From Parasitella parasitica NRRL 2501 (taxonomy: Eukaryota; Fungi; Mucoromycota), in the NCBI GenBank assembly GCA_025201805.1, contig MU619249.1, forward strand, positions 233,109 to 297,108: a DNA stretch of 64,000 nt, given 5' to 3'. A program made the position numbers and the translations under genes. Positions 1-14,008 of this stretch are shown piece after piece (within the stretch, counting starts at the first letter, position 1; the number at the start of each line of letters is the position of its first letter). The notes beneath the pieces are model-generated. The model saw nothing but the letters and a program-made list of their open reading frames with translations. It searched no databases and was not told the origin of the DNA.

Positions 1-852
1 ATACTTTTATAATAAAGAACCCCAAACTTGATTATAATTGTAATTTCATATCGCTTTTATTTTTTTTTATTTCGTAAATCTTTCAAATTTACTGCAATAA
101 ATTTGTTTGTAAATAGGGAGACTGTAAGAGCTATTTAAATTATATATCGAGAAAATGAATTAAGATTTAGGTTAGTTGGTGTTAAATGTGAAAAAATAAC
201 AATAGTAACTAAAGTGTAAAAGAAAGAAAAAAAATTCGATAATGTTTGATTTATCAGAATGAGAAATTATTCAAATAAAATAATTGTGAATTAATCAGGT
301 AAATATCTCGCTTATTACATGGAAAAAATGATGGTTTATATACAAGTAAATTTAAGTGGACTGATGGGAGGATAAGATACAAGCGTGAGACATGGTGGTG
401 TGATTTAGAGAATGGAACGATAGATTGTATTATCTATTAACATCTGATATTTTTTCAAGGAATGTTTATTCTGGAGTCTCAGTGTGTTCTGAGGTGAAGT
501 TCGATCTAAATTTAGCATCTCATTTTGGATTATGTAATTATTGTCAATGGCTAAATGTTGAAGTTTATGGTTACATTTTGATCTGGGGCATTTATTTTTA
601 CTTTGAAATGGAGATTTGACAGTTCGATTTAACAGTTTGTGATAGTTTGAATTTTAAAAGGTAGACATGTAGATGTAAATAGACATTATGAAATCGTATA
701 AAAAAATCATTTTATTTTTAATAAACATTGGCGTGTCAATTTCCCAACCGGAAGTCAAACTCAAGTAAACTCAATCCTGAACACAATTCGGGAACATATC
801 CCAATAGATTATGTTCCTTATTTATAATTCAACATGACATGTTCATAGACAA

Positions 853-2110
853 TTTGCTCATAACTTTTGCTAAAATGACCGTAAAACCGAGATCTAACTT
901 GGAAAACTTAGGGTTAACTTGGCGCTACCTGGAAACAACATTGGTATCAATGTTTTCATCGATATCTATAAAGTTACCAGATGATATCACAAATTTACAT
1001 ATCAGAATTGCATATAATCAATGATAGGCTTCCATAAAGAGCAACATAAAGCCTGTTTTATGCTTCATAAGAACGGGCATGATTATCGCTATCTGAGCAT
1101 AACTTGATTTCCACTGGGCGATGTCTCTATCAAAAGTTATGTGCAAAAACAGTTTTATTTTTCAACATTTATTATCATAAATATCAGATGTTTGCTCATA
1201 ACTTTTGCTAAAATGACCGTAGAACCATGATCTAACTTGGAAAACTTAGCGTTGACTTGGCGCTATTTGGCGAAAACATTTGTATGATGTTTTTATTGAA
1301 ATCTAGAAAGTTATCTGCAGAAACCATACCAAAATCGCATATAAACGCTGCTACGCTACGATAAAGAGCAACATAAAGCCTGTTTTATGCTTCATAAGAA
1401 CAGGCATGATTATCGCTATCTGAGCATAACTTGATTTCCACTGGGCGATGTCTCTATCAAACGTTTCTCTGTTTTTGGGATCGGAGTTTGAAATAAATCA
1501 CGTGTTTTTATTTTTTTGTGTGGTTGAGGGGTTGTTTGGACCAAAAAGTATGAAATGCTCCCAAAAAAAAAATTATGAAGATATCTGTACGTAGCTTTGT
1601 TTTGTGGTATACGCCTTGGTGGGTCTTTCAGTTCGTAGATGGTGTCTATCTAATGATGTTGGATCAAAAAGATAATAAAAAAACCAAAGGTTAACGAGAT
1701 ACGAAAACTNNNNNNNNNNNNNNNNNNNNNNNNNNNNNNNNNNNNNNNNNNNNNNNNNNNNNNNNNNNNNNNNNNNNNNNNNNNNNNNNNNNNNNNNNNN
1801 NNNNNNNNNNNNNNNNNNNNNNNNNNNNNNNNNNNNNNNNNNNNNACTTGGCGCTACCTGGAAACAACATTGGTATCAATGTTTTCATCGATATCTATAA
1901 AGTTATCAGATGATATCACAAATTTACATATCAGAATTGCATATAATCAATGATAGGCTTCCATAAAGAGCAAAATAAACACTGTCTTATGCGCCATAAA
2001 ACCAGGCATGATCATCGCTATCTGAGCATAACTTGATTTCCACTGAGTGATGTCTCTATCAAACGTTTTTTTGTTTTTTGTATCGGAGTTTTAAATATGA
2101 TCACGTGTTC
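853..2110. repeat. Three related ~270-300 bp repeat units (853-1147, 1191-1461, 1846-2063), probably non-autonomous DNA transposon (MITE-like) sequence
   Basis: Units 1 and 2 begin TTTGCTCATAACTTTTGCTAAAATGACCGTA. All three share GCTATCTGAGCATAACTTGATTTCCACTG...TCTCTATCAAA. Unit 1 is bounded by the imperfect inverted repeat TTTGCTCATAACTTTTG / CAAAAGTTATGTGCAAA. Unit 3 starts at an N gap. Confidence 0.85.
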
Positions 2111-4160
2111 TTCGTGTTTTTGTTTGGAGATATTATCGTGATACTACTAAAAATTGATGTTATAATAAATGTGCTATTTTCAGTAAGAAGGTAGACCGAT
2201 ATTTAAGTTTTACTGGAAAAAAATCGATTAAAAAAATAACAAATATCAAGTTGATAAAGATAGAGGCTTTATTTTCAAATCGACAGATGTATAAAGCTCC
2301 AGTTCATTTACTAGCCAGATAGATGAACCTTTAGGTATACTTAAGCTATGGATAAATGCTTTACCCTCGTAATTAAATGTTTACGACAATTCTGATTAAT
2401 TAGCATCACCTTTAATATCATGCTAAACAACATCGCTGCAGCAGACTAAAGTGATCTGCCATAATTATAGATAGGAGACCATGGCAATGTACTTCATTGA
2501 AGAATCAAGATTGTCCAATTATGTGATGTCATAAACTTGTGTGAAATGGAGAATGTCTCTATTTCAAATCAAGAAGTTTATTCCTGTAATGACACAGATC
2601 TGAGCACCAGGATAAAGGTCAAGGCACAGTCAGATCAAAGACGTGCAGCCCTTGTTGTATAAACTTACATAGTATCCTGTCAAGTAGTTTATTACTGGAA
2701 ATTAGTCTTGTCAATTAGTAATCTAAATAAGTAATCATAAATTTATATAGTCGTAAAGAATATAAATAGCAGATGTAATTTCGATCTTAAATAAAGAATT
2801 ATTAGTTTTTTATGTCTCTTGACCTCTGGTTTTTATCTTTTTTTTATACCAACAATATCAAATCAGTATAAAATTATCTGAAGATTAATAATCCCAGATC
2901 ATGGAATATATATATATCAGCACAAGTAGATAATGATATGGCTACAAAAATTATTATTTTAAAGCAGTGATGAACAAAAACAGGTTTTCTTTCTATAGTT
3001 TTAAACATTTGCTAATAACTTCTGCTAAAGAAACTGTAGAACAGCGATCGATCCTAACACACTTGGCGACAACTCAGTGTTTTTATGAAAAACATTTCTA
3101 TCCATAAAAATGTTGGTATGGATACAGTTATCAACAGAAATGAGAAAGTTGTAAAAAACTATTATTAATTTGCCAGGTACAAAAAGCTAATGAATTTTGT
3201 TGTTTGATAAGAATGTGTAGATATAGTAAATCTCCATGAATAATCATATGAATGCAATCAAATCACATTTGACATTTATTCATTTTAGCAATCTCGGCTT
3301 TGTAAGAGCATAGTACTTTCCATTTTTTATGTCCTTTTACATATATAATGAATATATTAGCTTTATATCTACTCCGTTGTAAACCATTTTGATAGCTGAA
3401 AAGTAACATATCTAATGGTTGTGTTGTATAATTATATCGCTAGGCAAAATGAATGTTGCAGAATGGAAATTCATTAATGCTTTTTGTCTTTTTCATTTAT
3501 TCTCTTCATATGCACTTAATGAAATATAGTAGCAATATTATCAATCATTTTAAATCAAAAAATTTGTAGGATTTAAGTTTAATACTTGCATGTTATCCAT
3601 AATATTCTTTTTGACTCTGATATTACGGTAAATTGCATTAACATTACGATATGTCATGAACTTAGTGGTTGTATATCTTCCGTATTTGATCCAAGCAATT
3701 CACATTTTTGCAGCCTAAGGAAACTTAAAGTGTGAGCTTTCGTTTATTAATGCTCGATAATCTTTTCTTCATCATATTCGATATTTTCTAATAATAATCT
3801 ATTTTTGAGGAAGGTAAGCACATTTTGCAGAATTTACGCTAAATTTCATGACCATAGCTTTCTACCGAGCTACAGAGAGGTAAACCATCGCACAATCGAC
3901 CAAGTAATGATTCACTTCTCCTTGACAACTTGGAACCGGAAGATAATAATATAAATTTAACACAAGACTTTAAAGCAGCAAATATGGAAGGGTCTTGCAA
4001 TAATTTAATGATCCTACTCTTTCTTCAAGGGCAACAATCAATGATTCATCTAAACTCTTGTAAAAAGCCGTGACTTAAATTTTTGATGCAAGATAAAAGC
4101 GAGACATAGAAAGCAGTTGCTTTCCTTCTTCCTATTTCTAATCTTCGCATATTATACGCC

Positions 4161-6164
4161 ATGTCTGAAGATATTAAACAAATATCTCAGTCTCTAGAAA
4201 AAACGACTGTCCATAAAGATGGCTTGATAGATCTTGGCCAAGAGGATGTACCACCAGAGTCATCTGCCATTCAGAATTTCGCTACCACTAAAAAGTTTGA
4301 GTCCTGTTAAAAAATGCATACATAAATCTTTAATTGACATTTCGTTCTTTTCTTCATGAGCAGTGATCAAGAGCCAGACAAATCTCTAGAGACGAAAAAG
4401 CAAAGAGTACCTACACCACCACCTACAGAAACTGGTAAAGCATGATATGGTCTATATTTGTTGAGAGATAGTGCACTCAAAATTACATTTTATTAGTTAT
4501 TTCAACGCACCAATTTCGAGCTGATATGCCTACATTCGATTTTCATAGATTTTTGGAGCAGATGAAAGAACCAAGTGCTGCTCATATCGCTCGCTATACA
4601 AAAGGGTAGGTTCCCGTATTCTTTATGCTTTGTACGACAGAGATGCTTATTTTCGCGCATATATTTTAGTTTTATTGCTGCATTTCATCGCCGAGAAGCA
4701 TGGACAGTGGATGAACAAATCAAATTCATTCAAGATTTCCTCAGTGTAAGTAGGATGTAATGTGTTGTTTTGGATGTTAGTATTGACCTGTAAAAAAATA
4801 GTTTACATATGTCAAAATGAGAGATTGTGATGTATGGAGAGATATTTCAGAGAAAGAATTTGAAAATGCAAAAGAAGGCATGGAGAAATTGGTGATGAAT
4901 CGATTATATAATACGTTAGTAGATAATGTGTGGTAATAATACGTGTGTGTGTTAATATTGAAATTTTAGCACATTTTCTCCTGGTACTATGGACGATAAA
5001 GAAAAGGACGAAATCCTACATCATAAAATCAGCATTTTTCGTTGGGTTCGAGAGGAGCATATTGATATACCCAAAACAGACGATAATGACTCATTTTTGA
5101 CATTTGCAGAATCGGAATTGTTAAAAATGAATAATTACAAGGCACCAAGAGACAAACTTATTTGTATTTTGAATTGTTGCAAGGTTATATTTGGCTTGAT
5201 GAAGCATATGGAAGGTGACGAAGGGGCTGATGTATTTCTGCCTTTGTTGATTTATGTTGTAATTCGAGCAAATCCTCCAAAATTAATATCAAATGTTCAG
5301 TAAGCGTCATTTACGTCAAAGATGGAAATAAGAATTCTGATTTTTCCAACAAGGTACATTTCCCGGTTTAGAAACCCTGAGCATCTCAAATCAGAGGTTG
5401 GCTATTATCTGACTAATCTTGTAAGTACCCACTGCGTAAAATAAGGGTAGACTCTGATGTGTATATAACTGGTCGCAGATGGGTGCTATCGAATTTATCG
5501 AGACGATGGACGTAAACTCGTTAACTATATCTCAAGAAGAATTTGATAAGAACATCGAAAAAACAATGACAGAGTTAGATCAAGAGCAGCCACAAACTAT
5601 AAACGACGATACAAAACAAGTTATTAGCTATGAAAATGCATTGCATCCTAGACATGCCAAAAAGCACCTGCAAAAAGACCAGCCATTGATTGATTTGGGC
5701 ACAGATATTGCACAGAAATCAATCAATTTCGTTGAGAAGTTATTTTCTGACAGCAGTGCAAGTAACAGTGAAAATGAAAATCTCGCAAGCCCTAAACAAA
5801 TGCACCGCCGTCATCATAATCATCATCACAATTCAGATAATCACGTACCTAATGAACCCTCATCTTTATCTCAGGAACTGCCTGTGCCCGTAAACATGGT
5901 AACTCCAAACCTAGCAGCAGCTAGAGTCGAAGGAACTACAGTTAGGGACTCACACAAAGAGTTTGATGAAAACCTGAGTACCATTGTGTCCATGTTTCCT
6001 AACATTGAGCCAGGCGTCTGTTTCATGATATTGCAAGCAAGTGAGGGCAAATTATCGCACACAATTGAAAGGTATGGCAAGAGTTAGAACCAAGGACGGC
6101 CCGAAAATTTGACTGATTTTGCGATTATAGTTTACTGGACATGTCAAACGAGCAAACCAAATAA
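4161..6164 (+). CDS. VPS9: VPS9-domain Rab5 GEF with C-terminal CUE domain (multi-exon)
   Basis: VPS9 motifs KAPRDKLICILNCCKVIF, GADVFLPLLIYVVIRANPP and GYYLTNL; CUE motif SMFPNIEPGVCFMILQASEG...LLDMS. ATG at 4161; last exon after the intron 6072-6130 ends TAA 6164. Confidence 0.9.
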
Positions 6165-6789
6165 TTGAAAGTGCTTTTGTAAATTGTTCAAGTGATGAGT
6201 GTTTGTATGTAAATAAAATTTTCAGGATAAAAACGCATTGATCGGTTAAGATCTCAAGGATCCAATTTTGGAAGGTGATAATAAAAACGATAATAAAAAA
6301 ATGGAAGAATCGCAAATTACACCTTCTCTGTCAATTCCGATAAAAAAAAAGGTGGATCAGCAATGGCAAAACGAATTTTTCAATTGTAATGGATTTTACA
6401 AGTGCCTATGCTTTTCTGTCGACCATGACTATATTGTAGTTAATCATTTTTAGGCTTTGCTTCAAAGCACATGCACGCGGTGTGTAAATGAATCGTTTCT
6501 GCTCACAAGCATTTCATGTAAAAAAAAATTGCATTAGATTGAACTATGTCCAAAGGCATAAATCGAACCATGGTAGTTTCCCGTGTGATTTCTCTGCCTC
6601 TAATGAGAAACGGCGCTAGGGACAGCATCTGTAGCGCAAAAGAAGATTCGAATTGACCTACATTATAACATCTCTGAAATGTTCGAAAATCTTTGATTAG
6701 TTTGGAAGATTGAATCTTTGGATTCATCAAGTACCACAAATAATTGGCATTGCATGAATTGCAAAATCATTGCAGCAACATTGTCTGTG

Positions 6790-6826
<37 letters not shown>

Positions 6827-6887
6827 TATAAGTCAACATCTTTTATTCGTTCGTCTCCTTTTTCCTTTTACAATCAACAATCAAAAC

Positions 6888-8194
6888 ATGATATCTGTCG
6901 TTCCTTCCGGGCAAGTGAGTAATTTAGACAAAATTCCAAACGAGCAAAAAAGTGCATTCTATGCCTTTTTGAAATCATTGGCGTCATTCACGGGAGATTT
7001 GTCTGCTATTACCTGTCCTGCTTTCCTCTTGGCTCCTGAATCACTGATTGAATACTCGTAAGTTACATAATATCTTTTCATATTCTTTTATCTTAATATG
7101 GTGTGTCAGTGAATATTGGGCTGCTCAACCGGAGCTCTTTGCAGCTATCCCTGAACCTGAAAGCGAAGTTGAACGACTTTTGGCATTTATTAAATGGTTT
7201 ATATCATACTTGAATGCAGCTTACAGGCGACGTGTGCCAAAAGATCAGTGGGAAAAAAAGCCATACAATCCTGTCCTCGGCGAACAATGGTTTATGAACT
7301 GGGCCGATGTAAATGGTTGTGGCGAAACTGAAGTTTTTTGCGAACAAGTATCTCATCATCCTCCAGTGACCGGATTCTATGTCAAGAATGAGAAGGCGGG
7401 CGTTACACTGAACGGACATTCTGGCCAAATGTCTCGCATCTCGACCGCAACATTGGTTTGTGATCAAACAGGCCGAGAAGTGATGACTCTCAAATCTCGG
7501 GATAATGAAAAATACCTCTTTACAAGTCCTTCCCTCACAGTGCGGGGCATTTGGTACGCAGGTAACTTTTTGTGCGTATGCAATGTCAAGAAAAGCTTAA
7601 CTGATTTGTCACACTTGTGTAGCGCCGTATGTGGAACTTATAGGTACAACTTATATCCAGGCATCTACTGGTTACTATGCAACAATTGAGTATTCTTCCC
7701 GTGGTTGGATTTCAGGAGAGAAGAACCATTTCAAATGTCTTTTACGTAAAAATGAGGACAGCAAAGATTATCTCTATAAAATAGAAGGCCAATGGAGCGG
7801 CAAATCAACGATTACAAATTACAAGACCAAGATCTCAAAGCCATTCTTGGATATTAACATCCTCAAAACAGCCGTAGCTAAAGTAAAACCAATCGGAAAG
7901 ATGAGTGAAATGGAAACTCGTCGCATTTGGCAAAAAGTTTCTGAGGCTATTCGTGCAGATGATACCGTTTTGGCTGCCAAGGAAAAGAGCATTATCGAAA
8001 ATAAAAAGCGTGCTGAAAAGAAGAAACGAGATGATGAAGGTACACAATGGGAGTCTGTCTATTTCGAATGGATAGAAGAAGAGCCGGATGTTACCAAATT
8101 ACAAGACATGTTGAGCAGGGTGACTAAATATAAGGGCGGCTCTAACCCGAATGGCAATTGGATTTTCAGAGAAAAGTTGAAAAGGGCAGATTGA
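6888..8194 (+). CDS. Oxysterol-binding protein, Kes1/Osh4-like (3 exons)
   Basis: OSBP signature EQVSHHPP, KKPYNPVLGE, and N-terminal GDLSAITCPAFLLAPESL. Confidence 0.93.
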
Positions 8195-8579
8195 ACAACT
8201 CTGAAAATTGTATATGTATACCAAAACTTAATAAAAAGCTCCTTGTATTCTGTAAAAAAAATGAAAAAAGTGTTTATTGTCACCAAAACAGTATGGTAGC
8301 TCTTCTTTAATGCTTGGTCTGTATAATTATTGTGAAGAAACGACGCATTCGCACAGTTTGCATGGTTATTAAAAAAAATACATGTTTGATTCACTGGATC
8401 TTTTGACAGATATTTAATACGGTTTGTTTCAAACAAAATCAATGCCGTGAGTCAACATGTCAAACCGCTGAGTTTTGGCTATAAACCGCTACTATATAAC
8501 TACTACTTTTTATAAAAGCCTAAATAATTGAGCGTGGACAATTTGCCTTTTTCTCTTTTTTATTTCTAATTGTAAAAAA

Positions 8580-10230
8580 ATGATTGCTTTGAATCTTGTT
8601 AATAACGATGAGACAAAGAAAGCAGCTGTTCACGATTTAGAGAAGCAGTTTGATTTAACGACTGACCAACTCAGGAAAGTCTCTGAGCTTTTGCAATGCG
8701 AAATGAGAACTGGATTAAAAGCGTGCGACATCAACTGCAACGTTCCTATGCTCCCGTCTTGGATTACTCGTCATCCAACAGGCCAAGAAAAAGGCGAATA
8801 CATGGGGTTGGATCTTAGTGGTATGGGTTTTGACATGTGGGTGGTACAAAAATATTGACTATGCAGGCGTCTAGGTTCATACGTTCGTGTTTATCTGGTC
8901 ACACTCCATGGTCAAGGTCGTATTACAACCCGCCAGCTCAAGTATACGGTCAGGGAAAACTTGAAGGTTGGGCCTATCAGTAATCTCATTGACTTTATGT
9001 CTGAATGTGTCGATGCCTTCTTGACATTTGTAAACAGAGGAGACAGCAAGAGCCCTCTTTTTCTTGGTTTATGCATTTCCTTCCCCCTTCATCAAACTTC
9101 CATTCACAATGCTTACATTCTGCGCTGGACCAAGGATTTTGAAATCACTGGGGCTGACCGCAAGAACATTGTTGAACTCTTGCAGACCTCCTTCCGTAAG
9201 CGCGAACTCCCTGTCATTGTCAAAGCTGCTGTCAATGGTGCTTGTAAGTACAAATAATGTGCAATGTTTCAAGCCTGACTGGAACCTCATGTCCAATTAA
9301 TATCACTTCAGCTGGCTGTCTCTTGGCTCATAGTTACCGTAGCCTGGATACTTTACTTGCTTGTACAGTTAGTACAGGCACCAACGCTGGTGGGTATATA
9401 CATATATATATTTAAGAGAATGGGTATACAGATACAATGGTTTTGATTCATGTCTGTTTGTAGCTTATTGGGAAAAAGTTAGCCATGTACACAAGATTCA
9501 ATCCAATCCCGAGAACCCTGTTAAGGAGATGATTATCAATACTGAATGGGGAAGCTTTGGCGACTCTAAATCCGAGACCATCCCTCACACTTTCTATGAC
9601 ATCCGCGTGAATCGTCAGTCTGTGAATCCGGGTGTTCACGTCTATGAAAAGATGTGTGCTGGTCTTTATTTGGGTGAAATTGTTCGTCTCATTTTGGTTG
9701 ATTTCACTGATCGACGTTTGTTGTTCGACGCTCAGTACTCTACAGAGCTCAACAAGGCATACAATTTTGAGTCTACTTATATGAGTGCTATTGAGCGTGA
9801 CGAGACACCCGACTTGGAGGATACCAAGCATTTGTTAGAAAATGTCATGAATTTGAAATCTACTTCATTGACTGATCGTAGCTTGGTGAAGCGTGTTTGT
9901 GAACTTGTTGGTAGACGTGCTGCTCGCCTGATTGCGGCTGGTATGAGTGCCATCATTAGTAAGCGTAATGCTCTAGACGGTGGCCTTAGCATCAGCGTGG
10001 AAGGCACCATTTACGAGCATTACTCGAATTTCCCTGATCGTGTCAACACTGCCTTGCAAGAATTGTATGGCGACAATGTTGAACGAATCAATATCGGCGT
10101 AAGTAGAAAAATCAGTAATGCTTTTGCAAGTTTGCTCAACTTTATCGAATTGTAGATTACTCGTGATGGAAATGGCATCGGTGCTGCCTTGGCCGCCATG
10201 ATTGCCAATACTCCTGATCAAGAAGCATAA
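8580..10230 (+). CDS. Hexokinase-family protein, probably non-catalytic (5 exons)
   Basis: VPMLPSWI, RWTKDF, TGTNA, MIINTEWGSF, YEKMCAGLYLGEIVRLIL and DGNGIGAAL are present. The catalytic ND position reads NG. Confidence 0.92.
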
Positions 10231-10466
10231 AAGTCATCAATTACTTGTCATATTTTAATCTACGCATAGTATTATTTTTATCTTTACATGCCGTTATATG
10301 TGTACACTAGATTACACTGTTCTCAGCATAAAATTTAATCATAAACTTGAGTCTCGCTTATTTCTTAATTGATTATCGAACTGCACTTTGGTTTAGATAC
10401 TATTTATAGCCTGATTTTTGTGCTCTAGAGTAATTGAATCATTTAACCTGCGAAATTTAAGGGAAA

Positions 10467-11689
10467 CTATCTTTCTTTAATCACAGTGGGTGTAGGCTCA
10501 AAATATGATGATTCTAAAAGTCCTCCTTCCTTAGCCAACGATACTTTCAATCCATCGTAAGCAGGTCCAGCCTTTAGCCCTTCCGAAAGCTCTAATTTCT
10601 TCAAATCCTCTTCAAGTGTGTAGTGATCAATTCTATGAGCAAATCCAACAAAATACGTTTTGAGGGCTTTAACTTGTCTAGCAGCTTCTATTGACTGCTC
10701 CAGTACAAAGTGTGATGCATGAAAATTCTTTACTAGTTAATTTATTAGTACCCCGTGTGGGATTGACAGTATGTTTAGACTTACATCTCAAACAGTCCAC
10801 CACAAATACCCTTGACTTTCCTTGCATCAGCTCCATTGTCGAAGGAGGGATGAAATTTGTATCTGATATATAGCTGACATCGCCAAATCTAAACCCATAA
10901 CATATATAAGGCTCTTTGGTGGTTAAATAAATACCGTGATGGGAAGCAAGAGGCGTAAACTCAAGGCCTTCAATTGAAAATGATTTGCTTGGGTCAAATA
11001 CATGATACTTGAAGTCAGCTACTTCCCCGCCACCTATTGCATTGTGTGAATTCTTTGTTACATTCATTAATCTCTTGTAAAAATATACCTGTTGCCATGG
11101 AGGCATCTACCAAAAAGGGAAATGTTCTACTAACTACCCCCATTGCTTCAGGCGAGAGATGAACATCAATATGAGGCTGGATAATACCGCCTAGTGTCCA
11201 TCCTCTTAGATCATCCATGCCGTAACAAGCATCTGCATGACCATGTGTGATGATAACGCCATCCAATTCACGGATCCCATATTTTGGAAGGATCTCTATG
11301 GCACTAGCTGCCAAGAAAAGTTAATATCAAGCTTGGCCCTGAAAATTCCAATAAAACTTTACTGTAAAATGTCTTGCCACAATCAATAAGCACATTTCTG
11401 TGTATTCAAGTAATTAGTGACATAAAAAAGGGGAATACATGGGCGAGAGAAGCTGGACACAAATAGCAGCTTTTATGTATGCATACCTTAATCTAAATTC
11501 TGGAGGGTCATCGTGCTTTCGAAAACGTACGATCAATGAAGTGTTTCGTCGGTTGTTCTTTCGACCTTCGGGTGTTTGAGAAGATAAACAAACAGAGCAT
11601 GATTTATCTGGATTTGTAAGGCAAGACACGGTAGGTACAGAACTTGATGTACCAGTCCCCAAAAATACAATTTCAATAACACTTGCCAT
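10467..11689 (-). CDS. Metallo-beta-lactamase-fold hydrolase, PhnP-like (multi-exon)
   Basis: IVFLGTGTSSSVP, RRNTSL, LIDCGKTFY, THGHADA-x-GMDDLR, YISDT and PAYDGL. Confidence 0.9.
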
Positions 11690-13199
11690 TGATATGAATC
11701 TGTGGAAAGAAGTACAATGAAAATAAACGCCGGGATGCTTAAAAGTATGGTGAAGTAACCAAGTCCGCTTCGGATGATACGGTAAGCATAAATGGTAATA
11801 GGGGTTCTCTATCACTAAAAATTAGCGACGTATGAATTATTCACAAATAAAGTAATAAGGGGTTATTACAGCAGAACATTGTATTCTTTAATTTTCCTCT
11901 TATGCTTCCAAGCTCGATGAGCCACACCTGTTTAATCATATTGCTATGAAAAGTCGTATACTTGTGGTATAAGAATACTTACTTTTTAGAGCTGTGTCAT
12001 GTACTAAAACTGATGTTGACGTAATATTATCTCCAGGTAGATATTTTTACAGCTTAAAAGCAAGAACTTTAGTTTCGTGTGCCATTTTTTGATTGATTTT
12101 CATAATCAAAAGTGCCCTGGAAACACGAAAAATAGTATCCATTGGTAAAAAACTATATTATATATGATTTTGGTGCAATTTGAGCATGATTTTTTTTTCG
12201 ATGCAAAATGACGGATTTTTTCAATTTTTTCCTTGTATCCACACATCCAAAATCATTGATTATGCATAATCATCGATTTTGACCTCAAAAATGCAACTTT
12301 TTACTATACTATGTATTAGAGGAAAATGATCGTAAAAGGTCATTCCTTGATCTGAAAGACTGAAAATGCGCTCTGATTAAGCAAAATATTGACTTTTCCC
12401 TCTTAATCAGTTTTGGAGATTTTTGTGCAAAATTCTTTCCATAAGCATACGGGAATCATGAAATTATACCATTGTGTAGAGCGCCCAAAAATACAGCTAT
12501 TATCATAGACTGACAGTCGTGGTATGCATAGTGCCAGAGGATGATATCTTGCCTCAAAGGAGTAATTTTGTTTTCTTTTTATCCAAATCGAGTTTCTGAA
12601 AGAAATTTTTCCTTTCAGATTTTGGACGCGTTTAATCTCCGCTATGAAAAAAAATGATGTTTTTTTGAAGAAAGCATTAGCTTTGAGAATCCATAACTTA
12701 CCTAAATCTAAAGAAAAATAATTACAATATAATTTATTTAAACAGTGTGCTTCTTGGCTTTCTATTGGTAGTACTTTCATGTCTGTACCTAACCTGACAA
12801 TCTCACGCTCCGATTTTGAAAAATACTTTTCCCAAAAAAGTCAGAAATGTCGCTATCTTCCATCTGATGTCGTCTTGAAAAGTACAAAAAACTTGCTCTT
12901 AACTATGCAAATATGCTATCAAAAGGTGTCTTATAGTCTAATACATTACTTTTAATTACTTGTTTTTGTGTCTGAGATCTCTAAACATTGTTTTCTTACA
13001 GTTTTTGCTTTTTTTCTGTCAAAAGCACACTAAAGTTTGTGTAGACCAAAAAAAACAGGCGCCTAAAATCTACGCTTTACAAAGACACAGACTTTTGAAC
13101 CAATATTATGGAAAAGATGGCACATGTTTGACTAGCTGTTCTACTGTACCCAGCTTGGTACTTGTCTGACAAGACTTTCTATACCAGAAGACGCCAGAT

Positions 13200-13350
13200 C
13201 AACTGAAGGTATGAGAAATTGCCGGAGAAAAGGAAACAATCTGCCACCAGGATAACACGCCCATTCATAAAAAATTATCTGTATAGAAGCTTATGTGTTA
13301 ATCTTTAATCTTTTCCTCTGTTCCTGAATCCAATTAAAGGTATTTTGATT
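13200..13350 (+). mobile_element. Degenerate Tc1/mariner (IS630-like) transposase fragment
   Basis: HQDNTPIHK at ~13245-13271 resembles the QDNAPxH motif. PLFLNPIKGI at ~13315-13344 resembles SPxLNPIE. Stops and frameshifts lie between them. Confidence 0.55.
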
Positions 13351-14008
13351 CAAGATCGAGAGAAATACTTACACCCAGAATCACAGATGTTTGTCAATAG
13401 GCAACCATAACCTTTTTAAAGACTACCTTAAACTTTATAATATGATGCAGATAGCTTTTTTTACAACACATTCTCTTTGTATTATCACTATGAATGAAAC
13501 AAACTAATTTTTCTTTTTTCTCAAAAGCTTCGTAGCTTTTATCAAAAATAAAAGGTCTGTTACCAGAAACCCTAATATATATCATCACAATCACCATGAC
13601 GTTTATCATTTATTTGAACTTCTTTTTAAAAACTGCTGCATATCTTGAGAAAAAAAAGAAAAAAAAAAGAAGCTGAAATGGCGACTAAGATGTGAAAATA
13701 TGTCATTTCGTTGATATATACTTATACCTATAGTACTAGCTACAGATACATTATGTATTGCAGACTTGTATAATTGTGCAATGCTCATGGCACGCAATAG
13801 ACATGCCACATATACAAAATATGCTAAAATGAATACCAAATCATATTGATATAGATTAAATAAGACTCCACTAGAATTGTTAAGATAGTAAAGCATTTGT
13901 ATACAGTTCAAGAAAATAAAGGTTCATCTACCTGGCCAGTAGATGACACACTTGTCGATTTGGTAAAACAACCTATACCTTATCAAGTTCGCATTTATTG
14001 ATTTTTAA

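Noticed and set aside
853-2110. CRISPR-like or centromeric array
   Set aside because: Units are ~300 bp with no short repeat/unique spacer pattern, the context is eukaryotic, and nothing in the sequence supports centromere identity.
2400-4050. Coding-like fragments in the AT-rich block before VPS9
   Set aside because: Many stops in the frames examined and no motif I could assign with confidence.
11225-11260. MBL motif HGHADA lacking the last His of HxHxDH, as a pseudo-enzyme
   Set aside because: HxHADA is the usual form in the plant/fungal PhnP-like subfamily.
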